64,000 nucleotides of DNA from Alphaproteobacteria bacterium (GCA_017476405.1 JAFUZX010000101.1:11840-75839); one strand, 5' to 3'. Positions 26,160 through 35,867 are shown, numbered from the stretch's first letter. Notes: generated by a model not told the origin, from the letters alone. Numbers and translations are program-made.

Positions 26160-26683
26160 GCTAATGCTCCCGTCATTCTCTGAATCTCATGCAAAAATCG
26201 TTTTTCGAAAACGTCGCGAGCCTCTTTCCCCAGCAATTCTGTAATGATTTTTTCTGCCTCGTCATATATTTCTATGCGAACGGAGCGAACAGGGAATCTT
26301 TTCTTACTTGTTCTGCGATAAACTCCGGGCTTTCCACCGGGTTTAAGTGTAGCAATGAATGCGTGAGGATATGAAGCTCCGCCAGCTGTAACACCTGTAG
26401 CTGTTTGCCTTACGCTGGCTAAATCTTTCACAAGAATTCCACGAAAATTGCAATTCAAAGCCGCTTCGGTTTTCTTTTTATTCGCTCTCATGATCGATAT
26501 ACGATCCCGGATTAGCTTCAATTTTATGCGTTTTTCTTTTGATACTTCCTGAGAAACTCGACCTTTAAGCCATTCTGCAACACGATTAAGAGCAAAAATG
26601 GACGCCTGCGCAACTTGTTCCGGCATAGCATTGATGCTCTCGATCAGATTTTTAATCTGCTTATCTATCGGCTCGTATTTCAT
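26156..26683 (-). CDS. Tail completion protein, possibly lambda gpZ (Minor_tail_Z) family
   Basis: 175 aa. The size, position and basic C-terminal half (YRRTSKKRFPVRSVRIEIY) fit. The family assignment is from memory only. Confidence 0.45.
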   Translation of the reverse strand: MKYEPIDKQIKNLIESINAMPEQVAQASIFALNRVAEWLKGRVSQEVSKEKRIKLKLIRDRISIMRANKKKTEAALNCNFRGILVKDLASVRQTATGVTAGGASYPHAFIATLKPGGKPGVYRRTSKKRFPVRSVRIEIYDEAEKIITELLGKEARDVFEKRFLHEIQRMTGALA

Positions 26684-27330
26684 CAGTCTTCTATTCCTAA
26701 ATAACTATTCCAAGCCGTCAAAGTGTAGCTGTTTACAGAACCGAATCGCTCATCATTTGTTTCGCATTTCCTGATTCTTATGTCGTTATGATTGCAATAA
26801 ATCGATAGAGCTTTGCCAATTTTCTTGCATTGCTCCATATTCCATTTTTTATGAAAAACCTTATTGTATTTTGCTACGGTATAGTATTGTCTAGATTGAT
26901 TTAGCGATATTTGCAAAACATCATTTTCTTCCTCCAGTTGCATAATGCGACGTTCTGCTTCAATGGCTCTTTGGTGAGCAATTTGCATCGCTCGTTCCAT
27001 AATTTTTTCCGGAGAATTCCAAGATTCTTCAATCTTGATAAAGTATTCTCGAAACTTTCGGCCTATTGCAGTTCGTTGTAGCATACATAATTGCTTAGCC
27101 ATATTGATTGAAAGTTGGTGATCATATTGCTTTTGCGGCATTTCTGCGCCATCTGCACGGATCACATTTTTGAGAACCGTTTCGTAATCGCGGTTTTCAT
27201 AAAATCCATAATCGCACATACGTCCAAACCAATCTGTATATGCAGTTTTTATTTGCAACGCTTTATATAACTCTCTTCCGTTAACTGAAGGTGTTTCGTT
27301 TTCATAATTAATTCTAATCAATTCATTCAT
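26683..27330 (-). CDS. Phage antirepressor, AntA-domain protein
   Basis: VNGRELYKALQIKTAYTDWFGRMCDYGFYENRDYE is a typical AntA/AntB N-terminal domain. A central coiled coil follows. Confidence 0.7.
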   Translation of the reverse strand: MNELIRINYENETPSVNGRELYKALQIKTAYTDWFGRMCDYGFYENRDYETVLKNVIRADGAEMPQKQYDHQLSINMAKQLCMLQRTAIGRKFREYFIKIEESWNSPEKIMERAMQIAHQRAIEAERRIMQLEEENDVLQISLNQSRQYYTVAKYNKVFHKKWNMEQCKKIGKALSIYCNHNDIRIRKCETNDERFGSVNSYTLTAWNSYLGIED

Positions 27331-27342
27331 ATTTCTACCTTT

Positions 27343-27651
27343 TCACACTAACACCGCTGTAAATTTCCAAATCAATCCGGATGCATCCAGCAGAGGTTCT
27401 TCAAAAATCCGAAACGTTTTATCGTTTACGAGAATTGAGTCGCCAACTTTTGGAGTAACATCCGTCTTCTTAATGCTAATTTCCATTGCTTGCCCTACGA
27501 CTTGGTTATCTCCTGCGGAATACAGATTTTCAGGACTTTTCTCCACAGCAATTACAGTTTTGTAAGATCCATCCTGATATCTGTATTTCACTGGCTTTCC
27601 CAAATGTTCGAAAACATCATCAACTGCCTTTATCAATGCACTTCTAAACAT
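27343..27651 (-). CDS. Head-tail joining/connector protein (candidate)
   Basis: Small ORF directly after the major capsid gene. I chose the internal ATG at 27651 to avoid overlapping the capsid gene. Confidence 0.45.
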   Translation of the reverse strand: MFRSALIKAVDDVFEHLGKPVKYRYQDGSYKTVIAVEKSPENLYSAGDNQVVGQAMEISIKKTDVTPKVGDSILVNDKTFRIFEEPLLDASGLIWKFTAVLV

Positions 27652-27653
27652 TG

Positions 27654-28661
27654 CTACGATGCCGTTACCTTTACCAAAACTCCTGGGCGCAAACACATCG
27701 GCAATGGATTCGATTGCGTATGCAGCTCCGTTCCACGATCAAATTTTCTTGGACATTGCTTTGCATATAGAGGCAGTCCGAGTGTATTCACAGTTTCGTT
27801 GAAATCTGCCGGAGCGAAGTAAGTCACAAAAGTCTGAGAAGTTCCAACAGGGAAACAATGACCTTCATTCGCATTTATAAACTTGCGAACAGTTCCGTCA
27901 GGTGAAGTTGCTTGCCCTCGATATTCCTCGAAAGTAATTCCGCCGAAAGTAAATCCGGCACGCATATCATTTCGAAGTGCTGCACCTTCCTGCCATCTTT
28001 CGTATGCTTCTTTAACTTTGGAATGAGATGTAAGGACATCGAAAAACTCCGGAGAAACGAGGCAATGTACACCGTTCATAAATTCTCCTCGCAGATTGTC
28101 TTCAATGTATCGAACAACTTCCAGACATTTTCTCTTAACATCAGTGCCGGCTGTTCCGAGTGCGAAGTTCACAGTTTTTGGAGTGATTCCAAATTCATCG
28201 TACAAATCATAGAGAATTGAACCATCGGCATCTAAAATGACACCTTTAAGTGCGCCCATCCTCAGATATTCCAACGTTATTGCGTGCTTATTGCGCATTG
28301 ATTGCAGATGGTCCGTGACGACATTCGCCATTGCTTCCAGCTCAGATTCAGAACCAAACGCACGAATTCCTTGGATTTCCTCCGGCAAAATCACGTCATC
28401 ATGTGGAATATGAGGAATCGTAAACGAGCGCATCGTGCGATTTGTATGAGTTTCGTAAGTTGATGTACCACCTGGGACTTGAGTCGGCAGCAAACTCAAA
28501 ACACCGTTTCGCTCCTCAACTGAAATGTTTCGAGTGCGGACAGATTTCGCTGGGAACAAATTCATTTCCTCAGTCTTTCCATACAAATTTGGTAGTAAAT
28601 TTATCGATGCCGTCAGTGAAGCCATGTTAAAAGCATCGGATTCAAATGGATTTATCATCAT
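27654..28661 (-). CDS. Major capsid protein, lambda gpE family
   Basis: 335 aa. The N-terminus NPFESDAFNMASLTASINLLPNLYGKTEEMNLFPAKSVRTRNISVEE is characteristic of Phage_cap_E. It follows the decoration protein gene. Confidence 0.85.
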   Translation of the reverse strand: MMINPFESDAFNMASLTASINLLPNLYGKTEEMNLFPAKSVRTRNISVEERNGVLSLLPTQVPGGTSTYETHTNRTMRSFTIPHIPHDDVILPEEIQGIRAFGSESELEAMANVVTDHLQSMRNKHAITLEYLRMGALKGVILDADGSILYDLYDEFGITPKTVNFALGTAGTDVKRKCLEVVRYIEDNLRGEFMNGVHCLVSPEFFDVLTSHSKVKEAYERWQEGAALRNDMRAGFTFGGITFEEYRGQATSPDGTVRKFINANEGHCFPVGTSQTFVTYFAPADFNETVNTLGLPLYAKQCPRKFDRGTELHTQSNPLPMCLRPGVLVKVTAS

Positions 28662-28663
28662 TT

Positions 28664-29089
28664 CTATGCTCCTTTTCTTACAACAATTCCGCGATTTTCC
28701 AGATCTTTTAGGATTTTCTTTTTCTGATCTGCCATCGCATCATTCGGATAAATAACTTTGTCTTCGATAACGATTGCATCACGAGCCACGATCAAACCTT
28801 CGGTTGCAGCATCAGTTGCATCAACATCTTGGAGCACAATACCTACAGCAATTTCACTGCCATCCAGCGCAGAATCATCAGCTTGTACAATCGTTGTAGT
28901 GTTGTCGTCTACGGTTTTTTCCTTCGTTAAGGCTACAATTTTGTAAGTCTCATCTTTAGCGATCATTCCAACGACAGTTCCCATTTTGAGATTTTGTCCT
29001 TTGGCTATTTTCACGACCTCCCGCGAATAGTTTTTGTCTGCCTCATATTTCAATATCGAAAATGGACGATCTTTTTCTTCAATGCTCAT
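28664..29089 (-). CDS. Head decoration protein (lambda gpD-like)
   Basis: 141 aa, located between the S49 protease and capsid E genes. The Y..REV.IA.GQ.L..G.V.G pattern is present. Confidence 0.65.
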   Translation of the reverse strand: MSIEEKDRPFSILKYEADKNYSREVVKIAKGQNLKMGTVVGMIAKDETYKIVALTKEKTVDDNTTTIVQADDSALDGSEIAVGIVLQDVDATDAATEGLIVARDAIVIEDKVIYPNDAMADQKKKILKDLENRGIVVRKGA

Positions 29090-29099
29090 AGTTTTCTCC

Positions 29100-30191
29100 C
29101 TATTTACTTATTTGTGCTCTTTGCTTTGCCGCTGCAATCACTGGATTTTCAGCTTTTTCGTTCTTTTGATAGATTGAACTCGTGATTTCCTCCTTCGAAT
29201 TCATCGAATCCAGCAATTTCTCCTTAACTTGCTCAGGCGTTAATCCTTGAATTATAAAATCCGTTATCTTGTGCTCAGCATGAGCGAGTTTGCATAGCTT
29301 CGAAATCTCCAAGATCTCCGCCTTATAAACTTCGACCGCATTTTCTTCAGCCATTGTTTGTTCAACAGTTTCCTCAGTTTCTGGTTTCATCTCTAACTCT
29401 CCTTTCATTACAATGTCACCAATTTTTGTGCTTTCACCCCCAAATCTGAGAGGTACGCAGACGAGTTCATCAGCAAGATTCATTTCCATGGCATTTTCAC
29501 CATAAAAAATTCCTGCTTCTGTACTCGTGATTGCTTCTTCCGAAATGTTTCGATTTCTCGCAACCGTTTCGACAAACATCCGATAAATTCGATCGACTTC
29601 ACCCTGTAAATCTGCAATTGCCCCGTCTGCAATCGGTTCGTGAGGCGATAAATCATTCTTTTTGGAACCAGCAAAAACCGTTGTGTATTTGATTCCGGCC
29701 TTTTTCTCTGCTTCACTGATATCACTATGAATTGCAATGACACCAATACTTCCGGCCATCGAAGTACGAGTTACGAAGACTTTTGAAGCTGCGGATGCAA
29801 TCGCGTAAGCCGCCGAGCATGCACAGTCATTTATATATGCATAGATTGGTTTTTCTGATCTGCTGTCGAAAATGTAATCAACTAAATCAAATAATCCTGA
29901 AACTTCGCCTCCGGGACTGTCGATATCAAAGGCGATTGATTGGACTTCCGGATCTTTTAATGCCTCACAAAAAGCTTCGAAAATCTCATCGTAAGATGTT
30001 GTATCACACAGAAATAACTCACTTCGCTTTGTGAGCAAGCCATGAATTGAAATTATCGCCATGCCGTTTTCGATTACATAACTTTTCGCCGGACGGATGG
30101 CATCAATCCAATATATATCTTTCACGGCTTCGATAATGTCAGCTGAAATCATCAGTGATTTATTCAGAAAATTCATCTGTTGCTCCTTCAT
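29100..30191 (-). CDS. Head maturation protease / scaffold, peptidase S49 (lambda gpC-like)
   Basis: DIDSPGGEVSGLFDLVDYI and ACSAAYAIASAASKVFVTRTSMAGSIGV are the SppA/S49 motifs, including the catalytic Ser. Confidence 0.85.
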   Translation of the reverse strand: MKEQQMNFLNKSLMISADIIEAVKDIYWIDAIRPAKSYVIENGMAIISIHGLLTKRSELFLCDTTSYDEIFEAFCEALKDPEVQSIAFDIDSPGGEVSGLFDLVDYIFDSRSEKPIYAYINDCACSAAYAIASAASKVFVTRTSMAGSIGVIAIHSDISEAEKKAGIKYTTVFAGSKKNDLSPHEPIADGAIADLQGEVDRIYRMFVETVARNRNISEEAITSTEAGIFYGENAMEMNLADELVCVPLRFGGESTKIGDIVMKGELEMKPETEETVEQTMAEENAVEVYKAEILEISKLCKLAHAEHKITDFIIQGLTPEQVKEKLLDSMNSKEEITSSIYQKNEKAENPVIAAAKQRAQISK

Positions 30192-31569
30192 TCTGTACAG
30201 TTGAATCGAAATTCAATCCCATCTTCCGAGCGCGTTCATTGTCTGCTGCTATTTCGTCATCGATTTCTTCAACGTCATATCCGAGTTCAGAAACAACCTC
30301 CGCCCTTGATTTAAATCCGCAGCGAACAGCATTCATTTGTGCGTTCTGTTCTTTTTGAGGATCAACCCATGCGAATCCCTGCGGAATCCATTTCACTAAT
30401 GAAAATGTCGGATCATTCGGGATATCTATGGCGTTGGACAGCACTGCTAACTCAATAAATTTGTTCCAAATCGGTCTGCACATCTGAAACACGATTAAAT
30501 TGTGCTGCAATGCCATGCATTTTCTGCGAAATTCAAGCAATCCGGCACGAATCGAAGAGTAATTGACTCCGGTTAAATCGCCTGTGAGTTGCTCATAGGT
30601 AATTCCCAAACCAACGGAAATTGCTCGCAGCTGCTGTTTTATAAATGCTTCATAAGTTCCGCCGACATCGGCAGGTGATGAAAATTTTATGTCTTCACCG
30701 GGATCAAGAAACTGCATTGTGCCGGGTTCAAGTCCGTACGCTCCGGAGTTGTCGTCACGATTCTCAAACATTTCGTTATCCGGATCGAGACGCGTTACAA
30801 ATCCTGCAAACATTGCAGCTGTTTTCTTGCGAACCAATTCCGCATCTTCGTATTGATCTAGATCATGCAATTTCAGAAGGACATTCGATAACCACGGCTC
30901 ACCACGCAGCTGCCCGGGACGCATCGGCTTAAAAATATGCAGAATTTCATGAGCAGGAATTCGTATTGATTCACGCCCTCCGCAGGAGTCGCCGGGATGC
31001 TCTCTATATAAATAGTATGCGACTCGCTTTCCGCTTTTATCAAATTCAATTCCGGTTTTGATAACATTTCCGTTTGGTAATTGATAATCCTTTGATGAAT
31101 CCAAGTGCTCTGCCTCCAAAACCTGCAATTTCAAAGGTACGGATGCATTTTTCTTATCGATTCTGAAACGAACTAAGCATTCGCCGCATTCAATAACGCT
31201 TCTTAATACGAGGCCTTGCAAACCGTAAAAATCATTGACTCCGGCTGCATCGGATTCATCTGTCCATTGTAGCCATAATTGCTGAATACGCTTACGAAAA
31301 TCCGCATCTTTTGAACGCGATAACGGTTTAATCCCTGTTCCGATGCAATTTGAAACAATCGATTCAATGGCATTTAAAGCGTATGGATTTTTTCGAACGA
31401 TATCATGAGATCTGACTCTCAGAGTGTTTAGATTCGAAGCCAAAAGAGAATTGATAGAAGAACTCGACGGCGACCAATTTCCGAGACGTTTTCCGTATCC
31501 GGCTCCATCGTATGGAACTGTTGCTTTTCTCTTGAATAAATTCGCTATCGAATGGAAAATATTTCTCAT
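30160..31569 (-). CDS. Portal protein, lambda gpB family
   Basis: 469 aa, immediately upstream of the S49 protease gene. It has the typical RSHDIVRKNPYALNAIESIVSNCIGTGIKP region. Confidence 0.85.
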   Translation of the reverse strand: MRNIFHSIANLFKRKATVPYDGAGYGKRLGNWSPSSSSINSLLASNLNTLRVRSHDIVRKNPYALNAIESIVSNCIGTGIKPLSRSKDADFRKRIQQLWLQWTDESDAAGVNDFYGLQGLVLRSVIECGECLVRFRIDKKNASVPLKLQVLEAEHLDSSKDYQLPNGNVIKTGIEFDKSGKRVAYYLYREHPGDSCGGRESIRIPAHEILHIFKPMRPGQLRGEPWLSNVLLKLHDLDQYEDAELVRKKTAAMFAGFVTRLDPDNEMFENRDDNSGAYGLEPGTMQFLDPGEDIKFSSPADVGGTYEAFIKQQLRAISVGLGITYEQLTGDLTGVNYSSIRAGLLEFRRKCMALQHNLIVFQMCRPIWNKFIELAVLSNAIDIPNDPTFSLVKWIPQGFAWVDPQKEQNAQMNAVRCGFKSRAEVVSELGYDVEEIDDEIAADNERARKMGLNFDSTVQNEGATDEFSE

Positions 31570-32498
31570 TCAACCTCCTTAAAGAAGGTATCCTTCATCT
31601 TTTTTGCTATGGCTTTTATTACTGGAACACAGACACTATTACCGAGTTGCTTGTAAATTTGATTGCGACTGACTTTATTTATTATGAATGAGTCAGGAAA
31701 ACCTTGTAAACGAGCGCATTCTCGCTCAGTTAATTGCCGATATTTATTATTGTCTTTTACCGTTATTTTTTCCGGATGCCCCAAATATCGAGCTATCAAT
31801 GTTGGAGTATATTCGCTGTGTTCGTCAACAACTTGATATCTTCGAAAGCCATCATGATGTTTTTTCCAATTTTCCTCTATCCTCTTCCATCTTTCTGTTT
31901 TGAAATAATGCGATCCGTTTACATCTTTCTCTAGGATATTGCCCACACAAGTTTTTTCATGCTGTCCTGTAGGAAACTCAAATTCGATATCATGATCTAA
32001 ACAACCAACAATGTACAAACGGCATCTATTTTGCGGTACTCCGAAATCTTTTCCGCATAAAATTTTATACATAACTTTGTATCCTGCACTTTTTAAACGG
32101 AAAAGAATGAGTTTAAAAATATTTCCACCGTTTAATTTTAGTAAATTGGGAACATTTTCGAGAATAAAAGTTTTCGGTTGTTTTTCTTTTAAAATTCTTT
32201 CAATTTCAAAAACGGCTTGTCCTCGCTCGTCATAAAATCCCTTTTGCAAGCCAACGCTTGAAAATGATTGACAAGGAAAACCTGCTAATAAAATATCAAA
32301 ATCAGGAATAGATGACGCTTTTATTTTGGAAATATCGCCAAAGATATTTTCGTTTCCGAAATTGGCAGTGTAGGTTATTACAGCATATTTATCAATTTCA
32401 CTGGTAAACACACAATCGATATTTTCTTTTCCGAACGCTTGTTCGAATCCAAGACGAATACCACCAATTCCTGCGTATAAATCAGCAATTCTTATCAT
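31566..32498 (-). CDS. DNA (cytosine-5)-methyltransferase
   Basis: Motif I is DLYAGIGGIRLGF. Motif IV is GFPCQSFS. Motif VI is ENVPNL. The C-terminal motif is QLGNSVCVPV. Confidence 0.9.
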   Translation of the reverse strand: MIRIADLYAGIGGIRLGFEQAFGKENIDCVFTSEIDKYAVITYTANFGNENIFGDISKIKASSIPDFDILLAGFPCQSFSSVGLQKGFYDERGQAVFEIERILKEKQPKTFILENVPNLLKLNGGNIFKLILFRLKSAGYKVMYKILCGKDFGVPQNRCRLYIVGCLDHDIEFEFPTGQHEKTCVGNILEKDVNGSHYFKTERWKRIEENWKKHHDGFRRYQVVDEHSEYTPTLIARYLGHPEKITVKDNNKYRQLTERECARLQGFPDSFIINKVSRNQIYKQLGNSVCVPVIKAIAKKMKDTFFKEVE

Positions 32499-32716
32499 GC
32501 CAGCCCCTTCGATGTTTGAAAGTGAGCTTGCCGTGGTCGCTTTTCGTTTCCGTTCATTCCAGCTTTTATTTGGCTACGCAATTTCAGTAATTCATCCAAA
32601 CTCATTGATGCATACTGAACCGAGATATCTCCATAATGTACGGAGGTTGTCCGTTTTCCGGATTGCAAATCTAAAATCGCTTGTTCAATTGTTTCCAATT
32701 TTTCTTCCGCAAACAT
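32495..32716 (-). CDS. Head-tail joining protein W (lambda gpW family)
   Basis: 73 aa. LETIEQAILDLQSGKRTTSVHYGDISVQYASMSLDELLKLRSQI fits gpW. It sits in the lambda order between terminase and portal. Confidence 0.7.
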   Translation of the reverse strand: MFAEEKLETIEQAILDLQSGKRTTSVHYGDISVQYASMSLDELLKLRSQIKAGMNGNEKRPRQAHFQTSKGLA

Positions 32717-32738
32717 AAAATCCCCTCCATCTATACTT

Positions 32739-32785
32739 ATTCAGTTTTTGAAGAAAAAAAGTGCGGAAAATTTTCGATTTTTTTG
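32739..32785 (-). promoter_or_regulatory. Conserved promoter-like motif upstream of the gpW/portal operon (copy 1 of 2)
   Basis: The minus strand reads TTCCGCACTTTTTTTCTTCAAAAACTGAATAAGTATAGATGGAGGGGATTTTATG. It aligns with 38207-38250 at about 38 of 48 positions by eye. Confidence 0.4.
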
Positions 32786-32828
32786 CTTGCTGCATAAGTT
32801 TTTTATTTTTTTATGCGCAAAACATAGA

Positions 32829-32865
32829 TTTACTGCATATAATATGATAGAGTATATGCAGTAAA
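32829..32865. promoter_or_regulatory. Perfect 13-bp inverted repeat (TTTACTGCATATA-N11-TATATGCAGTAAA) 11 nt upstream of the Fic start codon; operator candidate
   Basis: Read directly from the sequence. The left arm contains a TATAAT hexamer (32838-32843). Confidence 0.5.
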
Positions 32866-32875
32866 TAGGGGTTAT

Positions 32876-33931
32876 ATGCATAAATTTGATTATTCTTTTC
32901 TGGAAAACGGACTGCTGCCGGCTAACCTTATCAACATCGTCGGAAACATATATAGTTTGAGTGTTTTATCTCGTGATAGACAGCAGAAATTTGCAGATGT
33001 ATATACGGAACTCACCGCCATTGCGCAGATACAATCCGTGAAGTATTCCAATGAAATAGAGGGCATTGTCACCACGGATGAGCGAATCAAGGAAATTGTT
33101 AATGGTAGCACCAAACCGTTCAATCACAATGAGCAGGAAATTGCAGGATACCGAGACGCCCTTTCCGAGATACACAGGAATTATGATTACATCACTTTCA
33201 ATGAATTGAGTATAAAACGGCTGCATTCCATTATGCTCAACATTGCTGGCCATGAATATGCTGGACAATACAAATCGGAGGACAATGATATCATTGAAAA
33301 AGATCCATTGACGGGACTGCGCCGGATACGGTTTCATCCAACGTCTGCTGCCGATACTCCATCCGAAATGGAACAGCTCATGCTAACATACATGGATGCA
33401 AATGATAATCCAAATATTAATCAACTTCTTCTTATTCCATGTGTGATACTGGATTTTCTATGCATTCACCCGTTTCGAGATGGCAACGGCAGGCTTTCTA
33501 GGTTAATTTCTTTGCTGCTGCTTTATAAAAATAGATTTGATGTCGGAAAGTACATTTCATTTGAAGAACAAATAAATAGGCGTAAGGGGAATTATTATGA
33601 TGCTTTGCTGAGAGCATCTACGGGCTGGCATGAGAACAAAAATGACTATGCCCCATTCATTACAGAGTTTTTATTGACTCTCTATCTTTGCTATAAAGAA
33701 TTGGATCAAAGATTTGCAGTAGTCGGTACCAAACGAATTACTAAGCAGGCTCGCATAGAAGCTGTCGTGCTTAACAGTTTGATGCCAATATCAAAAAATG
33801 ACATAACCAAAATATTACCAGATGTCAGCCCCACCACGATTGAAAAAGTGCTTGGGGAAATGATGCAAAATGGTAGTCTCCAGAAAATCGGGAGTGGACG
33901 AAATACTAAGTATCTAAAAATAGAATTGTAG
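32876..33931 (+). CDS. Fic family protein (AMPylase-type) with N-terminal inhibitory helix and C-terminal winged-helix-like domain
   Basis: It has the canonical active-site motif HPFRDGNGRLSRL (HxFx(D/E)GNGRxxR). The inhibitory motif S-x-x-x-E-G is present as SNEIEG. It is the only plus-strand gene inside the minus-strand packaging module. Confidence 0.9.
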   Translation: MHKFDYSFLENGLLPANLINIVGNIYSLSVLSRDRQQKFADVYTELTAIAQIQSVKYSNEIEGIVTTDERIKEIVNGSTKPFNHNEQEIAGYRDALSEIHRNYDYITFNELSIKRLHSIMLNIAGHEYAGQYKSEDNDIIEKDPLTGLRRIRFHPTSAADTPSEMEQLMLTYMDANDNPNINQLLLIPCVILDFLCIHPFRDGNGRLSRLISLLLLYKNRFDVGKYISFEEQINRRKGNYYDALLRASTGWHENKNDYAPFITEFLLTLYLCYKELDQRFAVVGTKRITKQARIEAVVLNSLMPISKNDITKILPDVSPTTIEKVLGEMMQNGSLQKIGSGRNTKYLKIEL

Positions 33932-33959
33932 CGATTAATTTGTTCATATTTTACTATTA

Positions 33960-35867
33960 CTACATCCAACGACTTTTTATGATTTTTGGACGTATTTTTT
34001 TTGCTAAAGTTTTGGTACAGTCAATCTTTCCTTGTTTTAATCCTTTAATCTGTTCCCATCTTTGGTCCGACCAGCGGTCAATTCCCAAAGCAATGGCAGC
34101 TGCCCTTGCATAAATTCTGCAATCTAACGCTTCGTTTCGATCCCTTGTTTTCTGCCACTCACGTTTCGGATATCCTTTCACAATTTGCGTGACCAATTGC
34201 TCCGCAGTGAGTTGCTTAAAATATTCTGTCGGATACTCCGGAAAATGGCAGCGTGACGCTGCACTTTCGCCTCCTGCGGGGGATTTTTCTTCGCGAATCG
34301 GTTCTGATTTGAGCCAACCGTAAAATTCACTTTTTAATATCGAAACTCCAACTTTCCAGAGACGAACTCCACCTGTAATTTTCTTGCCCTTGAGATTGAT
34401 ATCGATTTTTGTTGGCGCATTCAGCGGAACTAAAGAATTGTCAACGCCTTTTATAGCCATCACATTATGAATCGACTGATTTCGTACCCAGGCATAGACC
34501 TCTTGCGTAGAAAATCCGGAGTCGATAGCAAGCATATTTATCTTGCGGAAAATTCCATCTTCGCTTTCGAATTCTTCATTCAAAATTTCCGTAAGTTTAT
34601 CCCATGGTTCTTTAGTTGTCGGACTTCCATAAATCACTCGATAATCCACGGACCAACTTTCATGGTTCTTTCCCCACGCAACGATTTCACATTCCAATCG
34701 ATCATTGTGAACATCGACTCCGGCTGTTAAAACGTATCCACCAAGAGGAACACGACCAATTTTGTAATGTTCGCGCCGATCAAACAGGATACCCCAATCG
34801 GGAACTTCTCCTTTTTCTTCCCAAGGTAATCCGAGAGTTGTGTTCGTCCATGCTTTCAGCAGTTGATCATCTTTTTTGGCGGCTTCATAATTTTTGTAGC
34901 AAGTCGCCCAGCTCATCCAGCCGACAGGTGAATAAAGCGAATTTAAGTGGAAGCCGACGACTTTTTTGTTTTCTTCGTTTTGGCTTTCTTTTTTGGTTGC
35001 TCGCCATTCTCCGTTTGCGAGCATTTCGGTTTTATAATGTTCTTCAATGTGTCTTTTACAGTATTCGCAACTATAAGTAACTTTAGAATGCTCTTTATCA
35101 TAGTGAATGTTCTCCCATTTTAGAGTTTGAAACTCTCCGCAAAACGGACACGGCACAAAATAATATCGTTGGTCAGTTGCATTAAACTCTCTTTCGATGC
35201 GCGAAAGGCCTTGAATTGTCGGAGTCGATACAATGAAAATTTTTCTTCTCGCAAAAGTAGCTGTTCTTTGAATAGCCAAAGTTAAAGGATCACCTTCGGA
35301 ATCCGCATCAGGAGGATACGCATCTACTTCATCGCAAAATAAATAGCGAACAGGCATTGAGCGCAAGCCGACTGCAGAGTTCGCACCTGTAATAACAACC
35401 TGACCGCCCGGAAATTCCTTGCTTTGAACTGTGTTTCCCGAATCACGACTTCGTGGATCTTTGACCTTTCCACGCAAACAAGCTGTATCGCTGATTAAGG
35501 GAGCTAATCTTCCTTTGCTCCACCGTTTTCCCATTTCAACGGTTGGTTGAACAACGAGCATTGGTCCAGGAGCCTGGTCGATCATGTAACCGATCCAATT
35601 GTTTCCGGCTTCTGTTCCCCCGATTTGTGCTCCCTTCATGAATACCACTTTTTCGTATGGTGATTGCGGAGAAAGTGCATCCATGATTTCACGAAGATAC
35701 GGTGTTCTTTCCGTTCTGAATCTGCCGGGTTCTGATGATGCTGTTTGAGATAAAATTCTGTTTGCGTCCGCCCAATCCGACACATTTATAATTGAGTCAG
35801 GCTTTATTCCGTAGTTGAATGTATTTGAGAGAACCTCAGTCGATTTCATGAAGCGATAATTCCTCAA
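33960..35867 (-). CDS. Terminase large subunit, lambda gpA family
   Basis: 635 aa. RTERTPYLREIMDALSP...VVFMKGAQIGGTEAGNNWIGY is the Walker A-like region. The CPFCG...CEYCK zinc motif typical of GpA terminases is present. Confidence 0.9.
   Translation of the reverse strand: MRNYRFMKSTEVLSNTFNYGIKPDSIINVSDWADANRILSQTASSEPGRFRTERTPYLREIMDALSPQSPYEKVVFMKGAQIGGTEAGNNWIGYMIDQAPGPMLVVQPTVEMGKRWSKGRLAPLISDTACLRGKVKDPRSRDSGNTVQSKEFPGGQVVITGANSAVGLRSMPVRYLFCDEVDAYPPDADSEGDPLTLAIQRTATFARRKIFIVSTPTIQGLSRIEREFNATDQRYYFVPCPFCGEFQTLKWENIHYDKEHSKVTYSCEYCKRHIEEHYKTEMLANGEWRATKKESQNEENKKVVGFHLNSLYSPVGWMSWATCYKNYEAAKKDDQLLKAWTNTTLGLPWEEKGEVPDWGILFDRREHYKIGRVPLGGYVLTAGVDVHNDRLECEIVAWGKNHESWSVDYRVIYGSPTTKEPWDKLTEILNEEFESEDGIFRKINMLAIDSGFSTQEVYAWVRNQSIHNVMAIKGVDNSLVPLNAPTKIDINLKGKKITGGVRLWKVGVSILKSEFYGWLKSEPIREEKSPAGGESAASRCHFPEYPTEYFKQLTAEQLVTQIVKGYPKREWQKTRDRNEALDCRIYARAAAIALGIDRWSDQRWEQIKGLKQGKIDCTKTLAKKIRPKIIKSRWM

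Noticed and set aside
32829-32865. The inverted repeat containing TACTGCATATA...TATATGCAGTA as a LexA/SOS box.
   Set aside because: The arm spacing does not fit the E. coli-type CTGT-N8-ACAG box, and alphaproteobacterial LexA boxes are direct GTTC/GAAC repeats. I kept it only as a generic operator candidate.
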